Positions 37,341 to 49,886 of a stretch of 50,397 nt of DNA are shown piece after piece. Position 1 is the stretch's first letter. Every line of letters begins with the position of its first letter. Under the pieces are notes generated by a model. It was not told the origin of the DNA and made no database searches. It was given only the letters and a program-made list of their open reading frames with translations. Both the position numbers and the translations under genes were made by a program. Origin of the DNA: Girardia tigrina (lineage: Eukaryota); assembly GCA_001938485.1 (NCBI GenBank), contig MQRK01196336.1:41575-91971 (forward strand), given 5' to 3'.

Positions 37341-38418
37341 TAAACATTTTAACTTATTCTTACATCATTAAGATTATAATTCTAACTTTTCGATGGGGGG
37401 CAATTATCCCCCTAATCCTTCCCATGTATACGCACCTGACTCTAACCTCGATTTGGAATAATTTGAAAGTTATTACATAAATTTAATTATAACTGTTGTT
37501 GAAGCTACGTTTTTGAAATCGCCTGTGATATAAAGTTACCGGACATCCTCATTCATTTTGTACAGCAATCCACAGACATTGTTAAATAACATGAATTAAT
37601 GCCCTTCATTGAAATATAAGATAAAGATTTCTCTCAGCTGCAAAACACGATTATTTTTACGAATGAAAACTTTGTAAATATCTCCAGATAGTCAAACAAG
37701 TCAAAATCAATGTTAGATATCTCATAACGAATGAGTGAAAAGTCTTAATCGAAAGTTTCGACTCGAAAATAATTATAAATCGGAGTTTTGATCTTCATCA
37801 TGTATAATTGTGTCATATAAATAAAAATTGCTAAATAACATGGCGGAGTGCACCGTGATGTTTGTGAGAATTGGTGTAAATTGAACCTATGGTCGCAGAG
37901 GGCCACCTTTACTTAACATGAGCTCTTTTCTTAGAATTTTAATTTAAAATTATTTACTAAGTTTATTCATTTAATTAACCATTATATTTGTAAAAAAGCT
38001 ATTAAAAATCTGATAAAAAGGAGATCATTTGGCATATTTTTGTTACCTTTTTCGAATTTCGTTTTTGAAACAAATACATCGTCAAATATATTTATATAAA
38101 TCAAAAAAACTGCTTTCATTTGCCTCTCATTATTCAAGCAATATTATAAAGCAAATATTTTGAGTTTAAAGTTTTATAAATTTGATGTCGATTTTATGAA
38201 TACCGTAGAACAGTAATTTTGTACATTTTGAAGTACTTTTCGTTACATATGAATAGACAACAGTCGTATATCAACTTTTGGTGATCTTTACAATTTATGG
38301 TACACCTTTCAAAAAAAACTTTTGAATATTTTCTTCTTTTTTTCACACTTTCTGTACTGACCTGCTTGTTTGGATACATACATAAACTTTTTATGTCTCA
38401 TAAGAAGGATTTTTATAT

Positions 38419-39366
38419 TAGGAGGAATATTTTAAATTGTGTTTATTGTATGTTGTTTGGTCTGTTGTTTTAGGATTGTGTTTCTCCCACCCAGATGGAA
38501 GATTGATATTTTAAATATTTTGAAACTGAATTATTTATTCAATTTTATAATTTAAATAAACATCTTTAAAATTAAATTAATATATCATAAATAGAATATC
38601 TAAAATATTTTTTAAAATAATTAAAATTATTTTTGTAATTTATATTATAAATTATTTGGAGATCGAATTGTAAATAAATTGCAATGTAAATTTATTTAAA
38701 TTATTAGACGTTTAGAAATATAATTGTGAGAAGTGGTTGCAACATCAATATCTGAATTCATTTTTCAACACTAAAATTTATTAATATAACAACAATTCAC
38801 ATATTTAAACAAATTTTTCTGTTAATTTAATTATCTCGTCACAAATTAATCTATTAAATTCTTTTCGATTCAATTTTTAAAATCTTGCAAATTTATTAAA
38901 TACATTTAACATTAAAACTAAAAATTTATTTAAAATTGTTTCATAACTTATATTAAAATATATAATTTGTTATGACTGTAAAAATATTTTTATTTATAAA
39001 TGAATATTTAATATTTAATGGTTTTATTATCATTATTATCAATTTTAAGATATTTAATAGATATATTAAAAATATATTTTTTATTTTTAAATAGATATTT
39101 AATTTTTTATGATTTTCTTTTATTATATCATTTTTAATTTTAAAATATTTAATAAGCATAATAGCATTAAAATATTTTACCTTTTAAATTAAAAAAATAA
39201 TAAATTATTCTGGCGAGATGAAAATTTAAATTAACCCCTCATAATAATTAAATTTATCAATCAAGAAGGATGACTAGTTACAAGAGTTTCGTGGAGAATT
39301 GTCCTAGTGGCGATTCAAGTTGTGATGTAAATAAATGTAGTGAAAAGTCAATTAATGTTCTTAATA
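38419..39366 (+). mobile_element. LTR family A, expanded copy
   Basis: Both ends align with 2793-3220 (GAGGAATATTT..CTCCCACCCAGATGGAAGATTG; GGAGAATTGT.CTAGTGGC..AATGTTCTTAATA), with a longer AT-rich middle; no TSD seen. Confidence 0.78.
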
Positions 39367-39817
39367 AATGTAGATAATAATAATAACAAACCTCAAAATT
39401 AGTTTAATCGACTAGAAAAATAATCAGCTTAATAAATAATTTATAATATAAAATGAGTTATGGAATTATATGAATGTAGACGTATTCGTTTTGCACAACT
39501 TTTTATTTATTACTTTAAAATCTGAAAATTTAATAAGAATTTAGATTTCAATAAAACTATTACACAAGTTTTTTGTTCGGAATTCCGCTTCTTAAAAAGT
39601 CACAAATGTCCAAATGTCATTAAGTTTCTTTACTTTGTTGAATAAGTCAAGTCAAAACATGTTCATTTATTTTGTCCAGTTGAGGCTCGAAAACGTCTCA
39701 AATAACGTAAGCGTACGCAAAAGTAAATACCAAACTAAACTTGTTTGCTTTCGCTTTTTACAGTTAACTTGAATAGAAAATGTCATAATAGTCTCTTAAA
39801 AATAAAAATACTGAAAA

Positions 39818-41335
39818 ATGATTTTTATAACTCTTTTAGTAATTAGTTTTATTTGTTTGTTGATTTATAATTTGAAACGTGTTCAAAACGATCCTCCAGG
39901 CCCAAGAGGACTTCCTTTAACCGGAATATTTCCGTTTGTGATGCTTAAAGTCATTTTTAACCCATTACAAAATGAGAATCACTTTTTTAAAAGGATGAAA
40001 CAAAAATATGGCAATATTTGGTCATTTCGACTTAATAATCAACGATATATTGTTCTTGCTTCCCTGGATTTACAAACTGAAGCTTTCAAGAGTCAGGGTA
40101 TGATGTTTTCTGGTCGACCTAAAAGTTCTATGCATGATTATTTTACTCATCGAAGAGGAATTCTTTCTTCTGATGGAGAGGTTTGGCAGTTTTATCGAAA
40201 ATTAACCACTAAAGGTTTACATCAAATTGCTTGTCAGACCAAAGGGTTTGAAGATATAATCCATGAAAACATGACAAAAATGACGCACTACATCGATAAA
40301 AATCAAACTGCATTAGGAACGACATTGCTTTTTCATTCATTGTCTTTAGCCGTTATATTCAAAATAGTGTTTGATAAAGATTTGGATATTTCAGATCCCA
40401 AAATATTATCTTTTGCAGAAAACGTTCAAAAGATAATAAAGCCAAACATTCCTCTATGTAATTCAGTATTCTTTCTTACTGATATTCCTTTAATAAAATA
40501 TTTGTTTTCTGACGCTTTAAACTTGCGTAAAGCGGTTGATAGAAATAAAGAAATTTTAATAGAAATGTGGAAAGAATTAAAGGAAAAATATTTGAAAAAT
40601 GAATTGAAAAACGAATGTATTGGGAGATATTTTATTGATCAATTAGGTCTTAAAGAAAAATCCAAAGATGAAGAGAACTATTTAAATGAATTTAATTTTG
40701 TTCAGAACTTTGTGGATATTGTAAGCGCCGGAAGTGAGACGGTAGCTTCAACCCTTGCGTGGGGTTGCCTGTTGCTGGCCTGCCGAACGGACGTTCAACA
40801 CGTTTTACGAAAAGAACTGAAGGAGTCCTTGAAATGTGAGATCATTCAAAACATTCACTATTCTGAAAGAAACAATCTTCCCAATCTCTGTTCATTTATA
40901 GAAGAACTTTACCGATTTATAACAATAGTTCCACGAACTTTGCATCGACCACTTGAAGACACATCTTTTCATGGATATAAATTGACTCGGGAAGACATAA
41001 TTATTGGCGACACATACACAATTAATCACGACCAAGATTTCTTTTCGAATCCAGATACTTTTCAATATGACCGATTTCTGAACAAATACAAAACAAAATG
41101 CGAAAATAAATTCAATCAACATTTTACTTTTGGTATTGGCAAACGTAATTGCATTGGGGAAAATCTTGGACGGGTAGAAGTTTTCAATATCATAGCTATA
41201 CTTCTATGTTACTACGAAATTCAGTTACCGAAGGATTCAAGATTGAAACTCAAAGAAATCGTAAACGGTGGAAATGGACTCATCTATGCACCTAACCCGC
41301 ATAAGCTAATCTTCCTTCCTATTACTTCTAAGTAA
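39818..41335 (+). CDS. Microsomal cytochrome P450, clan 2-like, 505 aa, single ORF
   Basis: TM anchor, PPGP, WQFYR, AGSET, ELYR (ExxR), FQYDRF and FGIGKRNCIG; AATAAA ~70 bp downstream. Confidence 0.96.
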   Translation: MIFITLLVISFICLLIYNLKRVQNDPPGPRGLPLTGIFPFVMLKVIFNPLQNENHFFKRMKQKYGNIWSFRLNNQRYIVLASLDLQTEAFKSQGMMFSGRPKSSMHDYFTHRRGILSSDGEVWQFYRKLTTKGLHQIACQTKGFEDIIHENMTKMTHYIDKNQTALGTTLLFHSLSLAVIFKIVFDKDLDISDPKILSFAENVQKIIKPNIPLCNSVFFLTDIPLIKYLFSDALNLRKAVDRNKEILIEMWKELKEKYLKNELKNECIGRYFIDQLGLKEKSKDEENYLNEFNFVQNFVDIVSAGSETVASTLAWGCLLLACRTDVQHVLRKELKESLKCEIIQNIHYSERNNLPNLCSFIEELYRFITIVPRTLHRPLEDTSFHGYKLTREDIIIGDTYTINHDQDFFSNPDTFQYDRFLNKYKTKCENKFNQHFTFGIGKRNCIGENLGRVEVFNIIAILLCYYEIQLPKDSRLKLKEIVNGGNGLIYAPNPHKLIFLPITSK

Positions 41336-41787
41336 GTAACACAATGTTTTTGGAACAATGTACTCTTCATTTAGTGTTTTTAAATTTATGTATTATTGTT
41401 TATTTAATAAAAGTTCAAATTTGACTTTGAGTTTAATAGGAAATCCTGATTTCGAAAAGTAAAAATGTTTGTGACAATAATCGTAAAAATCAAAATGTGA
41501 TAATATTACACTTGTTTCTAATTTTTATAGAACATTTATAACTACAGTCAAATTAAATTTCATCAATAAAGTAACTTAAAAAGTATTTTTATTCAAGTGA
41601 AGCTTTCTGATCTTAGCAGGGGTCCCAATAATTTAGATTATGTGTCTTCCTTTCTGCATGTTTTATTACAAATATTAAAGAGATTTCATATTTATAATTT
41701 CTATCAATGTAAAGAATGTTTTCTGTAAATGTTAATTAAAGACAATTGGCATCTGTAATTTAATAAATAAAAATATTTCCTAGAGTA

Positions 41788-42360
41788 TTTTAATATATAT
41801 ATAGCTCAAGTGAATTATTTAATCCTCATTTAAGTATATATAAATAGGGTACGTATTATTTCTCCTCCGACGTTTCCACATCCGGTAGTTTAAATTTTTA
41901 AAATTAAGAATTATCAATTTTTAATTATCGAAATAATTTCTTTTGAAGCTCTTCCTCCTTTTCAAGAAATACATTTATCAAAATAAAATTAATAATTATT
42001 TTTTAAAACTTAATTTAAAGAATAATAATATAATAAAATTTATTCCATAACAAAATTGTGATCCAATCCATATAAATATTCCTTCATTTCTCGTCTTTCA
42101 AAACAATTGACACTGATCAAAATGCGTTCATCAGCATGGTGATACTTGTTTCGCTTTTTTTCTACACAGCTGCCCGCTAATGAATTCTTCATATGATTTT
42201 TCAGTGTATTTTTGTATCCTTTTCAAACCATCAATAAATTTCCATAATATTCGCTAATTCATTCTAAATTTTGTTTAATATATATAGCTCAAGCAAATTA
42301 TTTAATCCTCATTTAAGTATATAAAAATATGGTACGTATTATTTCTCCTGCGACGTTTCC
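41788..42360. repeat. Direct repeat pair (~88 bp)
   Basis: TTTAATATATATAGCTCAAG..GGTACGTATTATTTCTCCT.CGACGTTTCC at ~41788-41877 and ~42274-42360. Confidence 0.85.
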
Positions 42361-42703
42361 CCTTTTGAAAACGATTCCCCATAGAAAAAACGATAAGCAA
42401 ATTCCACATAATTGTTTGTGCGAGCTTGATCATTAAGTACTCTTTCATAACATGACAATATTTATGGAGGAAATTGTAGTTTTTTGACGATTATCATCTC
42501 ACAAAAGACGATTAACGTAATTATCCTCGAAAGAATAAATTGTTAACATTAATTAATCTGACAATTCATTTACTAATGCTTTTAATTCATTATTAATTTC
42601 AGTCAATGGAACGAAAGCTAAAGCTAATAATAATATAATAAATACGTATATTTTTATAAATATAAAATTTTTTTACTAATAAGATAATTAAAAATATTTA
42701 TTG

Positions 42704-42742
<39 letters not shown>

Positions 42743-43080
42743 AAAGGAGAAAGGGCTCTCCTTAATCTAATAAGAATAAACAAACAAACGTTTAATGAAT
42801 AAATGTACACTATACGAGTAGATTCGTCATGCAATACCATAATAAACAATATAAAAATCAATAGTCCAAAAATAGAATATTTATCTAAAATATCTGTCAC
42901 AATGTAAGGCATAGAAAAACGAAAAAAAACTTTTGAATCATCCTTGTAAGTATCGAATTTTCAAAGAGGAAAACAATCTTATAAAAAGTTAACGATTCTA
43001 GTATGTTGTAACTTTGATGGGAGTGAAAATTAAAACATTTAGTTCTTGATTAATTGATATTTACAAAATATAAAGAAACT

Positions 43081-43461
43081 GGATACAGAAATTTCGACAC
43101 CAGAAATGTATTTTTAATAAACTTTTAATTTTTTTTATAATTTAGTATTAGTAGACTTAAAATGAAACATTTTCTTCTAAATTAGGAATTTTTGGGAATA
43201 AAATGAAATATTTTTTTTCATTTTCTTCCCAAAAATCTTATTTTCTAACAATTTATTTCATTTAATTCCTAATAATCCTAATTTACAAGAAATTATTTCA
43301 TTCTATTCCTAAACATTCTAATTCATATCAAATCATTTCATTTTATTTCCAAAAATTCTAATTCACAGAAAATATTTCGTTCTAAATATTTACTTCTGGC
43401 TCCGAAATCTCCCAGAGTCAAAATGAACGGCGTCAAAGTATCCCGGCGTCGAATCCTACAG
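43081..43461. mobile_element. Possible Mutator-like non-autonomous element with internal tandem/inverted units
   Basis: TTCGACACC near the left end versus repeated GGCGTC(G/A)AA at the right end; ~35-bp internal units (TTCCTAA..ATTCTAATT) and an inverted copy. Confidence 0.35.
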
Positions 43462-45103
43462 AATATATAAACTATAGAAAAGCTTGGACAACCACTAGCT
43501 TTAGTATGTTTATGAAAAACTTTTCAAGGAAGAAAGAAATTAACAATTGTTTGCTAAAAACTGCTTCTTCTGTCCTTTATTCTCATTATCAAATATAAAG
43601 GTTGTATTTCTATCAATAAATATGACAAGTGTTTTAAAACCCTGTGATCAAAAAATTATTTAATATACCACAGAGAATGATCAATTTTCCTAAATGCAAA
43701 ATCTCCTTCCGATAATTATATTATATGAAAACCAAAATTCCAGTGATAGAATTACTCTGTTAGATCCTCTTATTACTCTTTAGTCCTCTTAAAAATTGTA
43801 AGAAACAAATATTAAAGAACAAGATAAAATTACTGTAGAAAGGGTGGTTTTATTTTCATAAAATTTGGATGAGAATAATGAAAATAAGAAAGATAATTGA
43901 ACAATAATTGAATATGGTTATTTGATGATGATTTAGTTACAAAAATATAGAGAATCAAAGATAGAATCAGTCATCCTGCCGCAATCATTTGCGAACGAGA
44001 AACGGTCCTCGTTAGGGCCTTAAAACTTAGTTGCAAAATCAGACATCCGATTAAACATTTTTTCAGCCCCCTATCCAAAGCGGCCGGATTACCAACAATA
44101 TTTATATTTATTGTAAATCTTTGTGTTTAACATTTATGTTTTGAATGAGGAGATAGTTTAAATTTGCACTTCGCCAAAATAATTTGTTATTTTTTTTTAA
44201 TTTGAAAGTTTTAAAAAATTAAATATATACAAAAACTTGTAACATTAAAAATGATCTTAAAAATAATAATTTTAAAATAAATAAACAGATTAAAATTTAT
44301 TATATTTTAAGCAATATATTTTTAAATAAGATGCCTATACTAAATTTAAATTTAATAGTTTTATGATAAAATTTTATAAAAAATTTTTAGTTATAATTTA
44401 TAAAATTAATTTTATAATTATAAGTTTAATTTTACAAATTAAATTTGACTAAAAATTTTAAAGATTTATTTTGACGAAATAATTGAATTAATAAGAAAGT
44501 TGTTTATATGTGTATTATTGTAATTAATATATTTTTGCGATAAATCATCAAGAAAAATAATAAGTAGAAAAGATTGTACCTACATTTATAAAGTTGCTAA
44601 TAATCTGGACATTACACTCTCCTCTATTCAATCAAATGTAAAAATGAATTAAAACTTCAGACCTATCACCTACTCAAAAAACAACAGTTAACAGATGTGA
44701 TCAAAAAAAATCGAAAAATTCACATAACGTGAATCGATTTGGTTTGATTTCAGATCAGAAATATCCTCCGTGTATTGAGATCACTGAAAATGTAGCAAAA
44801 ATAACAAAAATCATAAGATTAATTAGTTGAAAATGTCATTTATTTTAATGCTATAATATAACTACAGCAGAAAAATAAGCATTAATTTACCGAACATGAA
44901 TGTAAACTTACAAAAACAAGTTAACCTAGTAATTTCGGAAGAAAAATACAATACAAACAAAAGTATTCACGTATTTCAAAAATCATAAAATTAAAAATAT
45001 TCTTAATAGATTAACAGAATAATAATTGGTGGAACATCGATTTGTTTAAATATCCATCATATCAACATAAATGAATTCCTATTATTCATTTGAAGTCAAT
45101 TAA

Positions 45104-45331
45104 CCCTTTCACGCTCAAGGGAAATATTTTTCCCTTCTACAAAAATCGTTATCGATTGTTCAATTATTATTGAATCGATACTTGTTTTACTGAATGTCAA
45201 AATAAAACATATGTACAAGGCGGAAAATGTGTTTCTGAACGAATAAAATTAAGAACTGTCAAACTTTATTGCGCCAAAACAGAAACATTCGCGGGCTGAA
45301 CTAATAATAGCATCATATGGTCCTGAAAGAG
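45104..45331. mobile_element. piggyBac-type MITE
   Basis: TTAA|CCCTTTCA ... TGAAAGAG|TTAA. Confidence 0.55.
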
Positions 45332-47834
45332 TTAAAAAACCTGTTTACACTTTATTTTTTCAGATGAAAAATACTAAATTTCAATAAATTACTTTTTAAG
45401 CACCACATCAAGCAGTTTATTAAATCATGTAACTGTAATAATATAAATAAGTAGCAAGAGCAGCCACGATTCATCAATTCAAATGCTCAATTTTGTTCCA
45501 TGACAATGCGCTTGAAGAATATTGCTAAATGAAGTCGTCTGCACGTCCACAAAAATTGTTCAGGTAAAACTGATTCATTTGATTAATCAATAAAATAAAA
45601 AAAATCTATTTTCTCCTTTTCTCTACATCTAAAGAGAAAGAAAATAATAATAATTTTTTCAATATACTCAGTGTATTTTTATGGCAATTACAAAATATCA
45701 AAGAATCATCAGCGTTTGTCTGTTCTTGGCCAGTGCGATTGTAAGCTCTAGTCCTATTTATCTTTTTATTGCTATATTTGTAATATTTGGAAAAGAAATT
45801 TTATAAAAAACTTATGAGTGAATTATCCCAAAAGCATTCTTGCATGAGATTGTGATGGAAATGCCAAAAGCAATGATGTTATCCACAATTAAAATTTAGC
45901 TATCAAAATCCGTTTTAAAATTTTTAACATCAAATAATTTGAAGGTTTTCGTTAATTGAGTTGTTTTTCTCACTGAATTTTAGCAATGAAGATATACTAT
46001 GATAGAAAGAGAACAATCTATTTGACCTGAGGAGGGTGATTTAGTTTCATTTATATATTTTTGTGAGTTTGGAAAATTGTGGAGTTAGTTCTAAAGAATT
46101 TTTTAAGCTGATTTACCGATACGACCGGGGGGGGAGATAGATTAATTTGACTGTTGAAGACTAGAATAAATAAAAGCTTTACATTTAAATTTATATATAT
46201 ATATATAATTATTTTCAATTTTTCTAAAATCGTTTGATATTTATAAAACGAATATTAAAAAATATAATCTTTCTACCACACTTATATTAACTCACTTTTT
46301 CTGTTTGTTAGTTTGGTACACATCTTGCAAACAATCTTTCGTTAACTTCCTCTGGTTTGATTGAGCTGAAATTTTGCATAAATGCGTAATCTCAATGACA
46401 ACAGATGAATCAATTTTACAATTACTCTACAAATGATTAATTAGTTATTTTTTTGCCAAAAAAACTAATTTTTGATTTCGTCCTAATTATCCTCTATTTA
46501 TAAATTACATGAAAAATGTTTTTTTGTTTTTCTATTTGTAATAAGTTTATTTATTTTTGATAGTTTTTTGAAATAATATTTTTTTGATTCCTTATTATAG
46601 TTTCTATCTTAGTCATGAGAAATCTTCAAAACAAAATCTTTGATTTTCTGAACCCGGAGTAACATACAGGATCTCACAATTGGCCCGTGGGAAGATACAA
46701 CTTATTGGTAATTTCTCTGCAGAAACGATGCACTAAAGACTGGGCTAATCGAATCGAGAATCACTAAAACATATTTGAGTCGACCCTAATAGTTTGAGAT
46801 TACACAGTGACGAACATACCAAATCTTTCTTTAATCAAACAATCAGTCATTTGCGGAAATTATTTTTTAATTCTAAGTCCAGAATTATTGAGTTAGGTCA
46901 ATTTGAAATTTTCTCCTCAAACCTAAGTATTATGACGGGGTCGTCTTCGTTCCGACTCGGAGGGAAACTCTATCGGTGGATGACTCCGTTTGTTTCTTAG
47001 CTCCCGAAGACCTCAACCATCTCAATCAGTGAGATGATTATACCGACGGGCAGGTGCCGATCTGTATTTAGCGGCTTTTGGTGCCATCCTGTAATAATTT
47101 GGTGAAAAGTAAACTTTTACATGTCTTTCCCCCTCCTTAAATCCGATCGGTAAATGTGCTTTAGGTAAACACAAATTTTCCGATCCAGGGGTACAACCGA
47201 GCTCTATTGGTTCAAGGGAATTGTGAACACAAACAATAAGCGTAAAGAATTTATTTATATGAAACTTCAGGAGCACCCAGGAGGATTCAACATTTTGTTA
47301 TTTACAAATAACAATTCCAAAACCATTAGAATTTTTTCAATATTAAACCAAATAAAAACAAAACTATTAAAACTCAAAAAAATACAAATTTGTTTAAAAA
47401 ACTAAAAACTTTAAAAATGAAGTCACCTCTTTGAAGCACAAATGTATATGCAGCAATAGTAAGAAACAATAAAACCAATGTAGTTTGATCGAACTGTGAT
47501 ATGTCATGTAATAAAAATTAAGTGTTCTATTTTGCTTTTCATTTGATAACCAGTAAGTAATATAGATGTCTCGAAACTTAGATTAGTATACGGACATGTG
47601 TAAGTGACGTGCTATACCTTGAATTCTGTTCTTCGCAATTATTTAGGGAACTGTCGTTCAATTTCTGGCACGTTAGTCCAAGTTTACCCAATCCAAGATT
47701 TAGGATCAACTCTCTCATCATCAATTCTATTGTCAGTTGCAATGTCCGATCTCATCATGACAGACAAAGTCAGTGATAGCAGCTAGTCGTCTGTTCCATC
47801 GGGTCGGATCTGTGATCGGGTCATAAAATTCATA

Positions 47835-47966
47835 ACTACCGATTCATTGGTTTAGTGAGATTGTTGGATTCTAGTCTAAAAATGGCAACATTTCTATGAC
47901 CGGGAAAAGACACTCAAACTTGATCATTTAGAGGAAGTAAAAGATGAACCTGCGGAAGGATCATTA
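47835..47966 (+). pseudogene. 18S rRNA 3'-end fragment (helix 44/45 region) with internal deletion
   Basis: ACTACCGATT..TGGTTTAGTGAG...AAACTTGATCATTTAGAGGAAGTAAAAG / TGAACCTGCGGAAGGATCATTA match the conserved eukaryotic SSU 3' end; the TCGTAACAAGGTTTCCGTAGG segment is missing. Confidence 0.92.
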
Positions 47967-49886
47967 TTATTCTGATCACAAAAATCGATTTTTTTCGACT
48001 AAAAATGCAATGATTTATTGGAGGCTCGTACGATCTGGAAAATTCAATATTAGAAAATTGTAGGTCACAATACTAACCCGCATAACCCATTGGGCCAAAA
48101 TTAGGAGCCACTACATTAGATCAAGGGTCTAAATTTATTTTTGAACCAAAGTATCTCAAAACGATTTCTGTCCAAATTTATAAATCTAATTGCGTTGAAT
48201 AAAAATATCAATATATATAGAAGATTAGGTCGAAATGTTAAACAAATGCTTAAAAAAAGTTAAGTAGTTTTAAGAATACTAAATTTACAGGGAAAAATAC
48301 ATCAGGAAAATATAGTATCACATTGTTATTACTCCCCGAAATCCTTTTCATCAGAAGACTCTCATGAATTTTGAACAGAATAATTCCAAGTCCTTCTCAC
48401 GAACTATTCTGCATCTAATTTTTGATGCTTAAATTCACATAATTTCGAAATTACAGAGACTGGAATAATTTGCTAACACTCTAAAACTACAATTGTACTT
48501 GGAAATCTCAACATCGTTTTATTAGTTCTGTGAAGCAAAAGCTTTATGCAATAATTTCAATAACATTTTAACGAATTTTGTGTAAAAAAGGAAGTCATCA
48601 TTTAGCTACCTAATATTAAGGACGATATTTTTGATTTTGTTACAAAATCTTTATGGAAAGAGTTTAAATTATGGTCAAATAAAGATCATTATATAATATA
48701 GAAAAGAGTTTAAATAAAGTACAATATAATTAAAATTTTAAGCTTTGTACCAGTTTATTTTTAGTCAAAAATCTAAGTGACATCCTAAAAAAGAATTTAT
48801 TAAAAAATGAAGAGCTACGACTTAGTGGCCTATATAAATAAATCACAAATCACCTACCCTTAAATCCTCTCAATGTGCATTGTCATAAGTTATTTATCTT
48901 CAATCAAGCTTAATGTAAATGTACATTTTTGTTTTCTTTTCTGTTTAAATAAATTTGGATTGAACTATTAATAATAATATAAAAAATCAATAAAAATATT
49001 GATCGACAAATTTGAATTTTAAATTAAAAGAATAAGAAGTTTCATCACTTCACCATTTCCTTAGCCAATTCTTTCAATTTCCAATCAGTAAAAGAAAGTT
49101 CCGAAGAACAACAAGGAGATCCGAAGGAGATAATAATTAAACAATTCCGTTTTTCCAACAAAAACGAAAATTAAATAATAATTGTAAACTATAACTATTC
49201 CATCTTTCCTCAACCAATCCCTTCAATTTACAACCAGTCAATAATAAAAAATCAAATATCTAATTGGAGACGTTAATAATCAAGACGATCTGAGAAAGGC
49301 AATATCCTAACAATTCAGTTCTAACGAAAAATAAAGCAAGTAACGTGCATTTCTTTAAAAAAACCAATCGATCTGTTTCTGATTGTTGTGATCGAAAAAT
49401 TTATTTTCTTCTTGGATATCTTTCCGTTATAGTTATGAATTATCAATATATTTGTTAAAGAAAGAACTTTCAATTATTATGAATTTTTGAGATTGTTTCC
49501 TTTTTCACTTAACTTCATAGGACCTCCCGCAGCGTCCGCCATATAATTAGAGACATTTATACAATCCAATAGTTCAGGTCTCTAGCGATCTTGCACGAAC
49601 AAACAGCTAAATTCTGTATTTCACGATTTATTGAGAATGTTAGATCCACACGGGAGGGATAGAACGGTTGAATCAGGCAATTTCGATTGTAGATTTACTG
49701 ATCACTCTACCGCCGATCAGTTCGAAAATTAATAAAAAAGTCGAAGAGCATAAAAAATTTAAATGTGTTTGTTTAAACTTTCTCTTTTAATCAGAGTTGT
49801 AAAATTGTAAATTGGCGATTTTTTGAAGAAGTTGGTCTATGTACGTGACTGTCTTGAAATGCAGTATTCGTGAATGAATCCTTTTA

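Larger units (their letters stand above)
35003..37438. mobile_element. hAT-like MITE hosting the pogo insertion
   Basis: Termini CAGGGTCGTACACA / TGTATACGCACCTG; candidate 8-bp TSD ACTTCAAC vs ACTCTAAC (6/8); internal direct repeat ~35230-35330 / ~35368-35470. Confidence 0.6.
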
